From NCBI GenBank assembly GCA_942493095.1, contig OW818675.1:30001-62000 (forward strand): a stretch of DNA of 32,000 bases. Reading direction: 5' to 3'. Below the pieces are notes generated by a model. That model did not search any database, was not told the origin of the DNA, and saw only the letters and a list, made by a program, of their open reading frames with translations. Within the stretch, counting starts at the first letter, position 1. Each line of letters starts with the position of its first letter. This document shows positions 14,925 to 23,910 of the stretch, piece after piece. The DNA comes from Candidatus Electronema halotolerans. GTDB taxonomy: Bacteria > Desulfobacterota > Desulfobulbia > Desulfobulbales > Desulfobulbaceae. The translations under genes and the position numbers were made by a program.

Positions 14925-15884
14925 TCACAGGGCTGAGTCTGCCGCCTTGCTGTTTTCTGCTTCCGCGAGCAAAAACTGGCCCGGACAGAAGCGGTCGAGA
15001 AAGTGCATCCAGCCAAGCTGCTGCCGGACATGCTCTTCGAGCAGAGCGGCAAAGTGGTTGGTGCATTCGAGTACGCCTGCCATGTCCGGCAGGGGAGAGG
15101 TGATTTCTTGGCCAATAATGGCGGTGAACGGCGGTTCCGTGCCTGGCAGGATGAAGAGCGGCAGCAGGGCTGCGCCGGTCTTGCGGGCGAGAATGGCCGG
15201 GCCAAGTGGCAGGAGCACTGGCCGATCCAAAAAGGTGAAGCGATGCTGTTTGCCGAACTGCTCGGCAGTGCCGGAGCCATCGCCCGTGATCATGATCACC
15301 TGATTCTGCCGCAGGGCGGTGAAGACTGGACGGAGAAACGTGTCTGCCTTGATGATCTCGGCAGGCATTTTTTTTTCATAGCCCATCCGCAGCCGGAAGG
15401 CGACATGGCGGCCAATCCAGCTCAGGCCCTTGTCCGAGGGATTGCCGACCTGCTTCAGGGGATAGCCCATCAGGGCAAGGCCGGTCAGCGGCAGATGGGC
15501 CGGGCCGAAATGACCATGCACGAGCACCACGCCCTTGCCGCGCTGCAAGGCTGCGTCCAGATGCTCTATGCCGGAAACACGCAGATATTTGCCAATGTTG
15601 CCAGCATGAAACTTGGGAAAAATGATTGGGAAGAGCTGATCCACATAATGGTTGCGCAGATAGGCGCGGATAATCTCCTGATGCTGCGCGGCGGGAATGC
15701 CCATCAGCACCAGATTCTTTGTCAAAAGCCGCCGCTTGCCGCTTGCCGCCGCATAATGCAGATCACCCATGCTGCGCAGCACAGCAATGCCGAGATTGGC
15801 AGGCAGGAGCAGGAGCAGCCAGCGCAGTGGATACCAGACAAGAAGGCGCAGCAGATCGCGCCCCAAGGATTCATGGGTTTGCAT
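14925..15884 (-). CDS. Lysophospholipid/lipid A biosynthesis acyltransferase family protein (LpxL/HtrB-like)
   Basis: N-terminal TM helix (LLRLLVWYPLRWLLLLL), VLVHGHFGPAH (HX4-type acyltransferase motif region), and ITGDGSG...LLPLGPAILARKTGAALLPLF. The start is uncertain: ATG at 15884 or TTG at 15965. Confidence 0.65.
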   Translation of the reverse strand: MQTHESLGRDLLRLLVWYPLRWLLLLLPANLGIAVLRSMGDLHYAAASGKRRLLTKNLVLMGIPAAQHQEIIRAYLRNHYVDQLFPIIFPKFHAGNIGKYLRVSGIEHLDAALQRGKGVVLVHGHFGPAHLPLTGLALMGYPLKQVGNPSDKGLSWIGRHVAFRLRMGYEKKMPAEIIKADTFLRPVFTALRQNQVIMITGDGSGTAEQFGKQHRFTFLDRPVLLPLGPAILARKTGAALLPLFILPGTEPPFTAIIGQEITSPLPDMAGVLECTNHFAALLEEHVRQQLGWMHFLDRFCPGQFLLAEAENSKAADSAL

Positions 15885-15974
15885 GGATTCAAAAAAAAGA
15901 GGGAGTGGTGCTGGCAGGCAGACTCGTTCCGCCAAGGAAAAGGATGAGGACCGGTTCAGCGGCAAAGATGCGGA

Positions 15975-16271
15975 TCAGACAACAACGACTGAATTTTTTT
16001 CGCCAAACTCGTTCAGCACGTACTTGTCAGCCTCTGGATCGTTGATCCATGTCTGCCGATTGAGAATGTAGCGGAAGCTGTACTCTTTTCCTGTAGCCAA
16101 GGTGACGGTGACAGAAAAGCAGCCGCTCTTGAGCAGGCGCATCGGCGTGGCTGTGGTTGACCAGCCATTGAATTCACCAGCCAGCGCAGCCGTGCCAGCC
16201 TGCTCCAGATTTGGGCAGTGAAAGGTGACTCGGCATTTTTTCCCAGTGGCAGTGTAGTTTTTTATCAGCAT
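15975..16271 (-). CDS. Small glycogen/starch-binding-like (CBM48 / isoamylase early-set type) domain protein
   Basis: 98 aa; VTFHCPN...AALAGEFNGWSTTATPMRLLKSGCFSVTVTLATGKEYSFRYI...WINDPEAD matches the AMPK-beta/CBM48 pattern. RBS AGGAGGAG lies upstream. Confidence 0.55.
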   Translation of the reverse strand: MLIKNYTATGKKCRVTFHCPNLEQAGTAALAGEFNGWSTTATPMRLLKSGCFSVTVTLATGKEYSFRYILNRQTWINDPEADKYVLNEFGEKNSVVVV

Positions 16272-16435
16272 TTTCTCCTCCTTTTCAGCTCTGCTGACAG
16301 CATGAAAAGTCTCCGCAGCAGCGGCAGACCGCCTCCTTTATTTATATGCGCATCTGCTGCCGTCTGCAAGGGAGAAATGCTTTTGCCGGCGGCACCAAGA
16401 CCCCGCCCGTGGACCCAAACAGCACCGGGCGGCAG

Positions 16436-17086
16436 TCAGGGTGCTACTTTGCCGAGCTGGGAGATTTTGCCGATGGCGACAACATGGTCGCCTTCCTGAA
16501 ACAGCTCATCCGCTCTGGGGATGTACTGATATTTTTTCTCGCCCTGCCGCCGCACCGCGATGACCTGAATGCCAAAACTGTTAGTCAAATTCAGCTCCTT
16601 GAGGCTCTTGCCTGCCCAGCGTTTGACTTCCAGCTCCTTGACGGCCATGGTTTTGTCAAACGACAGATACTCAATAAAACCGGGCATGGCGATCCGGCTG
16701 GCAATCTGCTTGGCAGCCATGTATTCAGGAATGACCACCTCATCCACGCCGATCTTGTAGAGCAGCTTTTCGTGGTCCTTGTTGATCGCCTTGGCCCAGA
16801 CCTTGGACACGCCCAGCTCTTTCAGATACATGGAGATCATGACGCTGGCCGCAATGGAGTCGCCGACGCTGACTAAGACATGCTCCAAGTCCTGAATGCG
16901 GATCTGCTCCAAGGCCTCGCGGCTCATGGCATCGGTCTGCACCACTTGGGTCAGAATATGCTGGGCATTCTTGACCTTGTCAGGATCAGTCTCCACGCCC
17001 AGCACCTCATGCCCCAAAGCCACCAAGCTCTGGCCGAATTTGAGGCCGAATTTGCCCAAGCCAACGATGCCAATCTGCAATTTCAT
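16436..17086 (-). CDS. trkA: Potassium uptake system NAD-binding (RCK) subunit TrkA/KtrA
   Basis: MKLQIGIVGLGKFGLKFGQSLVALGHEVLGVETD is a Rossmann GXGXXG motif. An RCK_C domain follows. The gene lies 17 nt downstream of the trkH-like gene. Confidence 0.85.
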   Translation of the reverse strand: MKLQIGIVGLGKFGLKFGQSLVALGHEVLGVETDPDKVKNAQHILTQVVQTDAMSREALEQIRIQDLEHVLVSVGDSIAASVMISMYLKELGVSKVWAKAINKDHEKLLYKIGVDEVVIPEYMAAKQIASRIAMPGFIEYLSFDKTMAVKELEVKRWAGKSLKELNLTNSFGIQVIAVRRQGEKKYQYIPRADELFQEGDHVVAIGKISQLGKVAP

Positions 17087-17103
17087 TGTGTTCCGCTCCG
17101 GGT

Positions 17104-18456
17104 TCAGCCGATGGAAAGTTTTTCTTCAGGCCGGGAAAATAACAATTTGGTGCCAAAGGACTGCACAGAACTCAACAGCACCAAGGGGCCGAGGCGGCCA
17201 ATGAACATCAGACAGATGATGACGATCTTGCCGCCTGAAGACAACGTCGGGGTCAGGTCCGCGCTCAGGCCCACAGTGCCAAAGGCCGAGACCACTTCAA
17301 AAAATATCGCCATGAATTTGTCGTGAGCAGCCCTGCCTTCAGTGAAATTCAAGGCGATCACACTGAAAAAAATAATCGCCACTGAGAAAAAGAGCAAGGT
17401 CAGGGCACTGTTGACCGATTCCTTATCTACAGCATATCTGCCGATCACGGTCTGATGGCGGCCTCTGGTCTGGGCTATGATGAAGGAATGCAGGACCCGG
17501 AAGGTGGTCACTTTGATGCCGCCGGCGCAGGAGCCAGGCGCGCCGCCAACAAACATCAGCAGGATCATGAAGAGCAGGGCGCCGTCGGTCATGGCGGCGA
17601 TGTTCAGAGTGTTGAAGCCAGCGGTCCTGCAGGTCACTGACTGAAAGAGCGAGGCTAAAAATGCCTTGTCCTGCGGCAGATAGGGTTTGAAAAAGATGAA
17701 TTCAGCAAAATAAATAAAAACTGTTCCAGCAGCGATGAGAAAGAGCGAGGTTTTCAGCACAATGCCGATATGCCAGCTGTCTTGGATGGGCATTCTGTTG
17801 CGGCGCAGTTTTCCCAGCAGAAAGGCTGCGCTTTCAATGATCACAGAAAAGCCCAGCCCGCCGAGAATGATCAGGAGCATGACAATCAGATTGATGGCCC
17901 AGCTGCCCTGCCAGCGCATCAGGTTATCAGAATTAAGGGAAAAACCGGCATTGCAGAAGGCGGAAATGGCATGAAACAGGGCGGAGAAGGGCGGAAAGCC
18001 CTGCGGATCGCTGTAAAAGAGGAGCAGCGCCCCGGACAGCTCAATCAACAGGGTGACTGCGGCAATCTGCACTAAAAAGCGGCCCAGATGAAAGCTGGCA
18101 TTGTTGAGCAGGCTCTGGCCGACGGCAATTTTGTCGGTCAGGGAGACCTTTTTTTTCAACAAATAAAAAGCCAGACTGGAAAAGGACATGATGCCCAACC
18201 CGCCCATCTGGATGAGCAGGAGGATGACAGCATGACCGGTGCGGCTGTAGGTGCTGCCAGTGTCAACCACGGTCAGGCCGGTGACGCAGACTGCTGAGGT
18301 GGCTGTGAAAAGCGCGTCGAGAAAAGAAACTCTGCCGGCCTGGCAGCTGAAAGAGCTGTGCAGGAGAATCGCTCCGCTCAGAATCGCAGCCATGAAGCAG
18401 AGGATGGGCAGCGATATGGGCGCGAAAATTTTCCTGATTTTTTTCTTCACATTCAT
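17104..18456 (-). CDS. trkH: Potassium transporter membrane subunit TrkH/KtrB family
   Basis: 450-aa polytopic membrane protein with repeated pore-loop motifs (TATSAVCVTGL, ISAFCNAGFS, SVTCRTAGFN, VSAFGTVGLS). Confidence 0.85.
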   Translation of the reverse strand: MNVKKKIRKIFAPISLPILCFMAAILSGAILLHSSFSCQAGRVSFLDALFTATSAVCVTGLTVVDTGSTYSRTGHAVILLLIQMGGLGIMSFSSLAFYLLKKKVSLTDKIAVGQSLLNNASFHLGRFLVQIAAVTLLIELSGALLLFYSDPQGFPPFSALFHAISAFCNAGFSLNSDNLMRWQGSWAINLIVMLLIILGGLGFSVIIESAAFLLGKLRRNRMPIQDSWHIGIVLKTSLFLIAAGTVFIYFAEFIFFKPYLPQDKAFLASLFQSVTCRTAGFNTLNIAAMTDGALLFMILLMFVGGAPGSCAGGIKVTTFRVLHSFIIAQTRGRHQTVIGRYAVDKESVNSALTLLFFSVAIIFFSVIALNFTEGRAAHDKFMAIFFEVVSAFGTVGLSADLTPTLSSGGKIVIICLMFIGRLGPLVLLSSVQSFGTKLLFSRPEEKLSIG

Positions 18457-18848
18457 TTGCTTCCTGTTTTGGCAATTCAGGCTTGGCCCATCATAGCAAA
18501 AAAGCCGCTTGCAGGAAACAGGTTTTCTGCTAAGGTAAGCACCTCGGCTCTGCTGCGCCGCCGGAGTGCTTTGTCAGTGTTCTGGCGACTCAACCAAGCC
18601 GGAATGTTATTTTTTCGTTGAACTGGATTCCTGTCAATGGAAAAGAATGGAAAATTCTGTCTGCCTTCTTGAAAATCTGATGTGCAGATAACTTTTGCGT
18701 GACACCTATGATGGACAAACGAATCCCGCGTTGCAGACTGACTGCCGCCAAGACCTTGTCTGAAGCAAAAAGAAAGCATTTCCAGCAGTCAGTTCCTCCA
18801 GAAAGATGTCAAAAAGGCAGCGATGCGCGGAACGGTGCAGGCAACATA

Positions 18849-20054
18849 ATGACTGCGGACAAGGCATTGGCGCAGGTTCGGAAGCAGGAGGCAGCGGAAC
18901 GGCATGAGGCGAGGCAGATTGCAGCCAAAAAATCACCTCCAAAGGAGGCAAGATGTCCAAAATGCGGCCATGTCCAGAAATTATCCGAAGAATGTGAAAG
19001 CTGCGGCTTGATATTTTCTAAATATTATTTGGCGCGGGCCAGAAAGCGCGAAGCAGCGAAACAGGAGGCTGCAAGGCAGGCTGAAGATGCCGAGAGTGAG
19101 GAGAATAAAGAAAATGATAGGAATGTCTCATGGAAGCGCATTTTGCTTGTTGTTGCCATCATAGTCATTGGTAACAGGATTTTTGCAGAAATGTATGTTT
19201 ATTATAAAAATAAAGCAATAGAAAGAGAGTACGAGAACAGCCAAGGAGGGCCAATCTCTTTGACGCTGGCAAAATTCAACGATCCGAAAAACTTCCTTGA
19301 AAAAGCTCGGAATGCAACAGTTTTTATTGAGACATCTTGGGGGTCTGGTTCTGGATTTTTCATAAACGATAAATGCAGCATTATTACCAACAGACATGTC
19401 GTGGAGCCTGACGAGGAGGAAAAAGAGAATCTCCGTAAAGAAGTTAATGCGTTGCGATACAAGGTGAGGATAGATCGATACGATGTTTCGAGATTTGAAA
19501 GCAATGTCAGGAGGAGTTTCGGCACTGCGGACTTTGAAGAAAAGAGAGATGCCCTTGATATAATGAAAAGAGTTCTGAGCGAGAACGAGGAACTGCTCAA
19601 GGAGGCCGAAGAAAGGTACGAGAACATGAGAACAAATGCTCATTTCGCCAAGGTTTTTTTGATAAATGGACAAAAGTATTTTGTTCATTCCCGTTCTTTC
19701 AGCAAGGAATATGATCTCGCTCTGCTGTCAATAATTGGAATTGGTTCTCCTTTTATCACACCAAGAATAAAAAAGAAAGATCGTGGCGACAAGGTGTTCA
19801 CTATCGGCAACCCTGTGGGACTGCGGCATACGGTCACGTCAGGCATCATATCAGGATACCAGGAATATGAAGGAAGAAAATATATTCAAACTGATGCGCC
19901 GATAAATCCCGGCAACAGCGGCGGGCCGCTTATCGATGAATCTGGATATGTCATTGGCGTGAACACAATGGTTATTGACAAAACAGAAGGAATAGGCTTT
20001 GCCATTCCCATAGAAGAAGTGCTCAACCAGTTCCCCTCTGTAAAAATGCCGTAA
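18849..20054 (+). CDS. Zinc-ribbon / single-TM / trypsin-like (S1C, HtrA-type, no PDZ) serine protease
   Basis: [18 protein letters not shown] zinc ribbon, TM helix [11 protein letters not shown], and protease motifs GSGFFI...TNRHVV (His), YDLALL (Asp), [14 protein letters not shown] (Ser). The start is uncertain: ATG at 18849 or earlier at 18699. Confidence 0.7.
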   Translation: MTADKALAQVRKQEAAERHEARQIAAKKSPPKEARCPKCGHVQKLSEECESCGLIFSKYYLARARKREAAKQEAARQAEDAESEENKENDRNVSWKRILLVVAIIVIGNRIFAEMYVYYKNKAIEREYENSQGGPISLTLAKFNDPKNFLEKARNATVFIETSWGSGSGFFINDKCSIITNRHVVEPDEEEKENLRKEVNALRYKVRIDRYDVSRFESNVRRSFGTADFEEKRDALDIMKRVLSENEELLKEAEERYENMRTNAHFAKVFLINGQKYFVHSRSFSKEYDLALLSIIGIGSPFITPRIKKKDRGDKVFTIGNPVGLRHTVTSGIISGYQEYEGRKYIQTDAPINPGNSGGPLIDESGYVIGVNTMVIDKTEGIGFAIPIEEVLNQFPSVKMP

Positions 20055-20097
20055 CTTGCATGAGCGAACAACAAGGCACTGCAAAACAATTGATCCC

Positions 20098-21879
20098 ATG
20101 AATGCCAAAGTAAAACTCTTTCTGCCCGGAGAAAACTCCGCCTTTATTCTCGTTTCAGCCCTGATCGGCCTGCTGGCCGGGGTCTTCATCATTGTTTTCC
20201 GGGAAGCGGTGGAGCTGGTTCATTATTTTATCTTTGAGCAGGGCCATGAACTGCTGCGAATTGACGCGGGCGGCTGGCATGTCCTTCTGCTGCCCCTGCT
20301 GCCCATGTCCGGCATGGCCCTGCTGATCCCGCTCTCCCTGCTTTTTCCCGGCAAGGTCAACGGCTACGGCTTCACCAAGTTCCTGCGCAAGGTCAATTTG
20401 GAAAACGGGGTCATCAAGGCCAAGAATATTTTCATCAAGATTGCCGCCACCGCCCTGACCATCGGCACGGGCAACTCAGCCGGGGTGGAAGGTCCCATCG
20501 GCCAGATCGGCGGGGCCATCGGCTCCCAGTTCGGTCAGCGGCTGCGGGTTTCCGGCAGGCGGATGAAAGTCTATATCGCCGCAGGCTGCGCAGGCGGCGT
20601 GGCAGGCATTTTCAACGCCCCGATTGCCGGGGTTTTTTTCGCTGCGGAAATCGTGCTGCTGGGCAGCTACGGCATCTCCTCCTTTTCCGGGCTGGTGGTG
20701 GCCTCAGCCATGTCAACGGTGGTCTCGCGAGCCTATTACGGCGGAACCCCTGCTTTCCCCATCCCGGATTATCATATTGTCAATCCAGTGGTTGAGCTGC
20801 CGCTCTACACGATCATGGCCCTGCTCATCGGCCTCTTGGCAGTGCTGCACATCCGCTTTTTTTATTATGTCCGGGACTGCTTCCGCAAAATGCCGATTCA
20901 TGAACAGCTCAGGCCGATCTTTGGCGCGTTTTGTGTCGGCTGCATCGGCGTGCTTTTTCCCCAAGTGCTGGGCGACGGCTATGAATACATTGAGGAGGTG
21001 CTCTATGGCGGCGGCCTGCCTTTGACAATGGCGGCCCTGATTTTTCTCAAATCCATTGCCACCGCGATCACGCTTGGCTCCGGCGGCGCAGGCGGTGTCT
21101 TTGCCCCAGCCCTGTTCATCGGCGCAGCAATCGGCGGGGCCTTTGGCTGGCTGGTCCATTATCTCATGCCGACCCTGACCGCCTCTTCAGGAGCCTACGC
21201 CACAGTGGGGATTGGCGCCTTTCTCGCCGCCTCCACCCATGCGCCGATGACCGCCATTTTTCTGCTTTTTGAGATGACCGGCAATTATCTGATCATTATT
21301 CCGGTCATGCTGACCGCCATACTCGGCACAGTCACGGCCCACAAGTTTTACAATGACTCGATTGACACGGTCGATTTCACCCGTGAAGGCATTGACATTC
21401 ATGAAGGCTGGGAGGTGGCGGTGCTCAAATCGATCAAAGTGGGCAAGGCGATCAGCGAGGATGTGGATTTCATCAGCGAAACCGCCAACATCAACCATCT
21501 GCTCAACTTGTTCGCCATTGCCAGGGAATCGCTCTATTTCCCGGTGGTCAATCATGTCGGCAGAATGGTGGGCGTGGTTTCGATGCAGGATGTGAAGACC
21601 ATCCTCCATGACGAGGAGCAGCGCTGCTGTCATCTTGTCGGGGCAATCTGCAGCCGGGATGTGATCAGCCTGACCCCGGAGGATAATCTCTACGACGCGA
21701 TCCGGCTCTTTGATGTCAAGGGCATTGAGGAAATTCCTGTGGTGGAGAGCATGGAAGATCAGTGGGTGCTGGGCATGCTCCGGCGGCGGGATGTGATTTC
21801 CGTCTATAACCGGGAGGTGCTGCGCCGGGGCATCAGCGAAAAGGCTGAGGAAATCAGAATCCTTTGCGCGACATCATGA
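20098..21879 (+). CDS. ClC-family chloride channel / H+-Cl- antiporter with C-terminal CBS pair
   Basis: GNSAGVEGP (GSGIPE-like selectivity motif region), GIFNAPIAGVFFAAEI, and GGVFAPALFIGAA. A C-terminal CBS pair follows (YFPVVNHVGRMVGVVS..., IPVVESMEDQWVLGMLRRRDV). Confidence 0.88.
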   Translation: MNAKVKLFLPGENSAFILVSALIGLLAGVFIIVFREAVELVHYFIFEQGHELLRIDAGGWHVLLLPLLPMSGMALLIPLSLLFPGKVNGYGFTKFLRKVNLENGVIKAKNIFIKIAATALTIGTGNSAGVEGPIGQIGGAIGSQFGQRLRVSGRRMKVYIAAGCAGGVAGIFNAPIAGVFFAAEIVLLGSYGISSFSGLVVASAMSTVVSRAYYGGTPAFPIPDYHIVNPVVELPLYTIMALLIGLLAVLHIRFFYYVRDCFRKMPIHEQLRPIFGAFCVGCIGVLFPQVLGDGYEYIEEVLYGGGLPLTMAALIFLKSIATAITLGSGGAGGVFAPALFIGAAIGGAFGWLVHYLMPTLTASSGAYATVGIGAFLAASTHAPMTAIFLLFEMTGNYLIIIPVMLTAILGTVTAHKFYNDSIDTVDFTREGIDIHEGWEVAVLKSIKVGKAISEDVDFISETANINHLLNLFAIARESLYFPVVNHVGRMVGVVSMQDVKTILHDEEQRCCHLVGAICSRDVISLTPEDNLYDAIRLFDVKGIEEIPVVESMEDQWVLGMLRRRDVISVYNREVLRRGISEKAEEIRILCATS

Positions 21880-22259
21880 TGAAGATCACCCTGTTTTCCT
21901 TTGGCTTCAAGCACGGCGGCCCGGCAGCGGACATGGTCTTGGATGTCCGCTTTCTGCCCAATCCCTACTGGGTGCCGGAGCTGAAGGAGCACACTGGTCT
22001 TGAAGAGCCAGTGGCGGCATACATTTTGGAAAGCGCGGCAGGCCGGGAATTTCTTGACCGGCTGCATTCCTTTCTGGTCTTCATGCTGGACAAGCACCGG
22101 CAGGCAGGCCGTGAGGAATTCGCCTGCGCCATTGGCTGCACCGGCGGCAGGCATCGTTCCGTGGCCGTGACTGAACATCTGCGGCAGGCTCTTGCCGCAC
22201 CGCCGCATTCCGATGAGCAGCAATGGACTGTTTTTCATCGGGATATCGATAAACAATAA
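21876..22259 (+). CDS. RapZ C-terminal-domain-only protein (no N-terminal P-loop domain)
   Basis: KITLFSFGFKHGGPAADMVLDVRFLPNPYWVPELKEHTGLEEPVAAYI...AIGCTGGRHRSVAVTEHL matches the RapZ/YhbJ C-terminal domain. Its ATG overlaps the ClC stop (ATGA). Confidence 0.7.
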   Translation: MMKITLFSFGFKHGGPAADMVLDVRFLPNPYWVPELKEHTGLEEPVAAYILESAAGREFLDRLHSFLVFMLDKHRQAGREEFACAIGCTGGRHRSVAVTEHLRQALAAPPHSDEQQWTVFHRDIDKQ

Positions 22260-22346
22260 TGTTCTTGCGCTGACTGTTCCATTCAGCCGCCGGATTTCCG
22301 GCAGGAGCCGCCGGGCCGCTGCGCTGAATTCAGTTCTGGCCCGCTT

Positions 22347-23294
22347 TCAGGCGGCAAACAGCTCCTCCAGCGAGGCGGCTGTGAAGACTTTGCTCATCCA
22401 CTGCCGGAGCTGCTCCACAGAGGCCAGCCGCACCCGCGTGCGCAATTCCTCCGGCAGCGGCCCGAATTTTTCCTCGGCAAGCAGGAGCAGGCTTTCCGCC
22501 ATGCCTGCGGTTTTGCCTTCAGCAACGCCCTCCGCACGGCCTTTTGCCAGACCTTTCTCCAAGCCTTTTTCCATGCCCTTCTCCTCAGCGGAGGCGATCT
22601 TGCTCTCCACATCCATCAGGGCGCGCATCCGGGTCTCATAGACTAACCGCTCCTCCTCGTTGAACATCCGGTCCACCGCCTCCATAGCCTTGAGAATGCT
22701 GCGGTCAGCGGCCATTGTCTCAGGCATTTCGTTCCGCCGCAGCTCGTGCGCCTTGGTGAGAAAGGCGGCCCAGCGGTCGAGCGGCTTGACTAAGTCGGCA
22801 AAGTCTTTCCTGAACTTGCGCAGCTCGATGTAATGCAGCTCAAAGATGTCATGCAGCCCGTCGTCCTTGCAGCTGGCCGTGTTGATGATTTTGTACAGGC
22901 TGTGAAATTCCTCATCGCCCGGCACGAAGTTGAAGTCGAGGATGCTGATGCAGACGGTCTTTTGCAGGGTTTTGTACATCTGCCCCTCGGTGAGCTGCTC
23001 TCTGACCAATTTGGCCCAGTAATAGATGGCCCGCTTGTCGAAATACAAATCCTCGCTGATCTGCATCTCGACATTGAACCAGCGGCCCTTCCGGTCAACA
23101 GCCTTGATGTCCAAGATGGACATCTTGCCCGCCTGATAGTCGGCCAAGCTGTAGGGATTGCGCAGGGTCACGTCCGCGACCTGATCCTCCTCAGAAACCA
23201 CCGCGTTGATCAGGGAGATGAGCAGATCCTTGTTCTCTTCGCTGCCGAAGAGCTTTTTAAAGGCGAAATCAACTCTGGGGTTTATCCGGCACAT
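22347..23294 (-). CDS. Rpn-family (YhgA-like, PD-(D/E)XK) recombination-promoting nuclease / putative transposase
   Basis: INPRVDFAFKKLFGSEENKDLLISLINAV...SILDIKAVDRKGRWFNVEMQ...YFDKRAIYYWAKL, plus a C-terminal DUF4351-like tail (EEKFGPLPEELRTRV...VEQLRQW). The ATG at 23294 follows GGAGGC. Confidence 0.8.
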   Translation of the reverse strand: MCRINPRVDFAFKKLFGSEENKDLLISLINAVVSEEDQVADVTLRNPYSLADYQAGKMSILDIKAVDRKGRWFNVEMQISEDLYFDKRAIYYWAKLVREQLTEGQMYKTLQKTVCISILDFNFVPGDEEFHSLYKIINTASCKDDGLHDIFELHYIELRKFRKDFADLVKPLDRWAAFLTKAHELRRNEMPETMAADRSILKAMEAVDRMFNEEERLVYETRMRALMDVESKIASAEEKGMEKGLEKGLAKGRAEGVAEGKTAGMAESLLLLAEEKFGPLPEELRTRVRLASVEQLRQWMSKVFTAASLEELFAA

Positions 23295-23608
23295 TTTTTT
23301 TGCCTCCGCTTGCTGAAGCCTGTTTTTCATGGAAAACTGCGTGCAGCAGTATAGGCGCAAAGCCGGACAATCTCAAGGGGGAAACGTCGGAATTCAGTGA
23401 ACCAGACGTTCTAGTTTAGACTTGCTTTATTGCGGCGCAACGCATTATAATATATGCCATCCTGTGTTTTTGAGACTCAAAGCCAAAGAGTGCCCCTTCT
23501 GTGCCGTGGCAGCATGCTGAAACGGGACTTTTGTTCAACCAAAGTGAAGTTCATGCGCCGCAGAAAGGGAATTCCAGCGAAAAAAAACAGCGGGCGGAAA
23601 AGAAAATC

Positions 23609-23637
23609 TTGACAGCCGCGCTGAAATCGGGCATATT
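23609..23637 (+). promoter_or_regulatory. Putative promoter of tRNA-Leu
   Basis: TTGACA, a 17-nt spacer, then CATATT. The -10 element ends 11 nt before the mature tRNA 5' end. Confidence 0.45.
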
Positions 23638-23648
23638 TGTCCTGCCGT

Positions 23649-23735
23649 GCCGAAGTGGCGGAATTGGTAGACGCGCTAGGTTCAGGGTCTAGTGAGCGTA
23701 CGCTTGTGGGAGTTCGACTCTCCCCTTCGGCACCA
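23649..23735 (+). tRNA. tRNA-Leu (anticodon CAG), 87 nt, encoded CCA
   Basis: Cloverleaf by hand: acceptor GCCGAAG/CTTCGGC, anticodon arm CTAGG-TTCAGGG-TCTAG, long variable arm, T arm GGGAG-TTCGACT-CTCCC. Near-identical in layout to E. coli tRNA-Leu(CAG). Confidence 0.95.
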
Positions 23736-23750
23736 TTTAAGTCAGATATG

Positions 23751-23795
23751 CAGGGCTTTGATATTGCTAGTGAATATCAAAGCCCTGTTTTTATT
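23751..23795 (+). terminator. Rho-independent terminator after tRNA-Leu
   Basis: CAGGGCTTTGATATT-gctagtg-AATATCAAAGCCCTG is a perfect 15-bp stem, followed by TTTTTATTT. Confidence 0.85.
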
Positions 23796-23812
23796 TCCAG
23801 CGGCTTTTCCTG

Positions 23813-23822
23813 CCTCTCCTTC
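23813..23822. repeat. Left copy of the 10-bp target-site duplication (CCTCTCCTTC) flanking the IS
   Basis: An identical 10-mer directly abuts the outer ends of both inverted repeats. It extends to 11 bp if the shared G is counted. Confidence 0.8.
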
Positions 23823-23841
23823 CTTACCATCCATCACTTTT
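23823..23841. repeat. IS left terminal inverted repeat
   Basis: CTTACCATCCATCACTTTT. Confidence 0.85.
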
Positions 23842-23910
23842 CTTGACAGAGCTTGAACGCCGGAGTAAAAAGATTGAAAAAACAATTCGTTTATTCAAAC
23901 TCTGTGAAAT

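Noticed and set aside
15003-15947. 314-aa plus-strand ORF opposite the acyltransferase gene
   Set aside because: The minus-strand frame carries recognisable acyltransferase motifs and a TM helix. The plus-strand translation has no recognisable features.
18457-18848. Possible c-di-AMP (ydaO-type) or other riboswitch in the long leader upstream of trkH
   Set aside because: I read the minus-strand leader and found none of the conserved ydaO elements I remember, such as GGGGA-type or CCGCCUGAGCC-like segments. There is only a weak imperfect hairpin followed at a distance by T6. An Rfam cmscan would settle it. The 392-bp divergent intergenic region remains unexplained.
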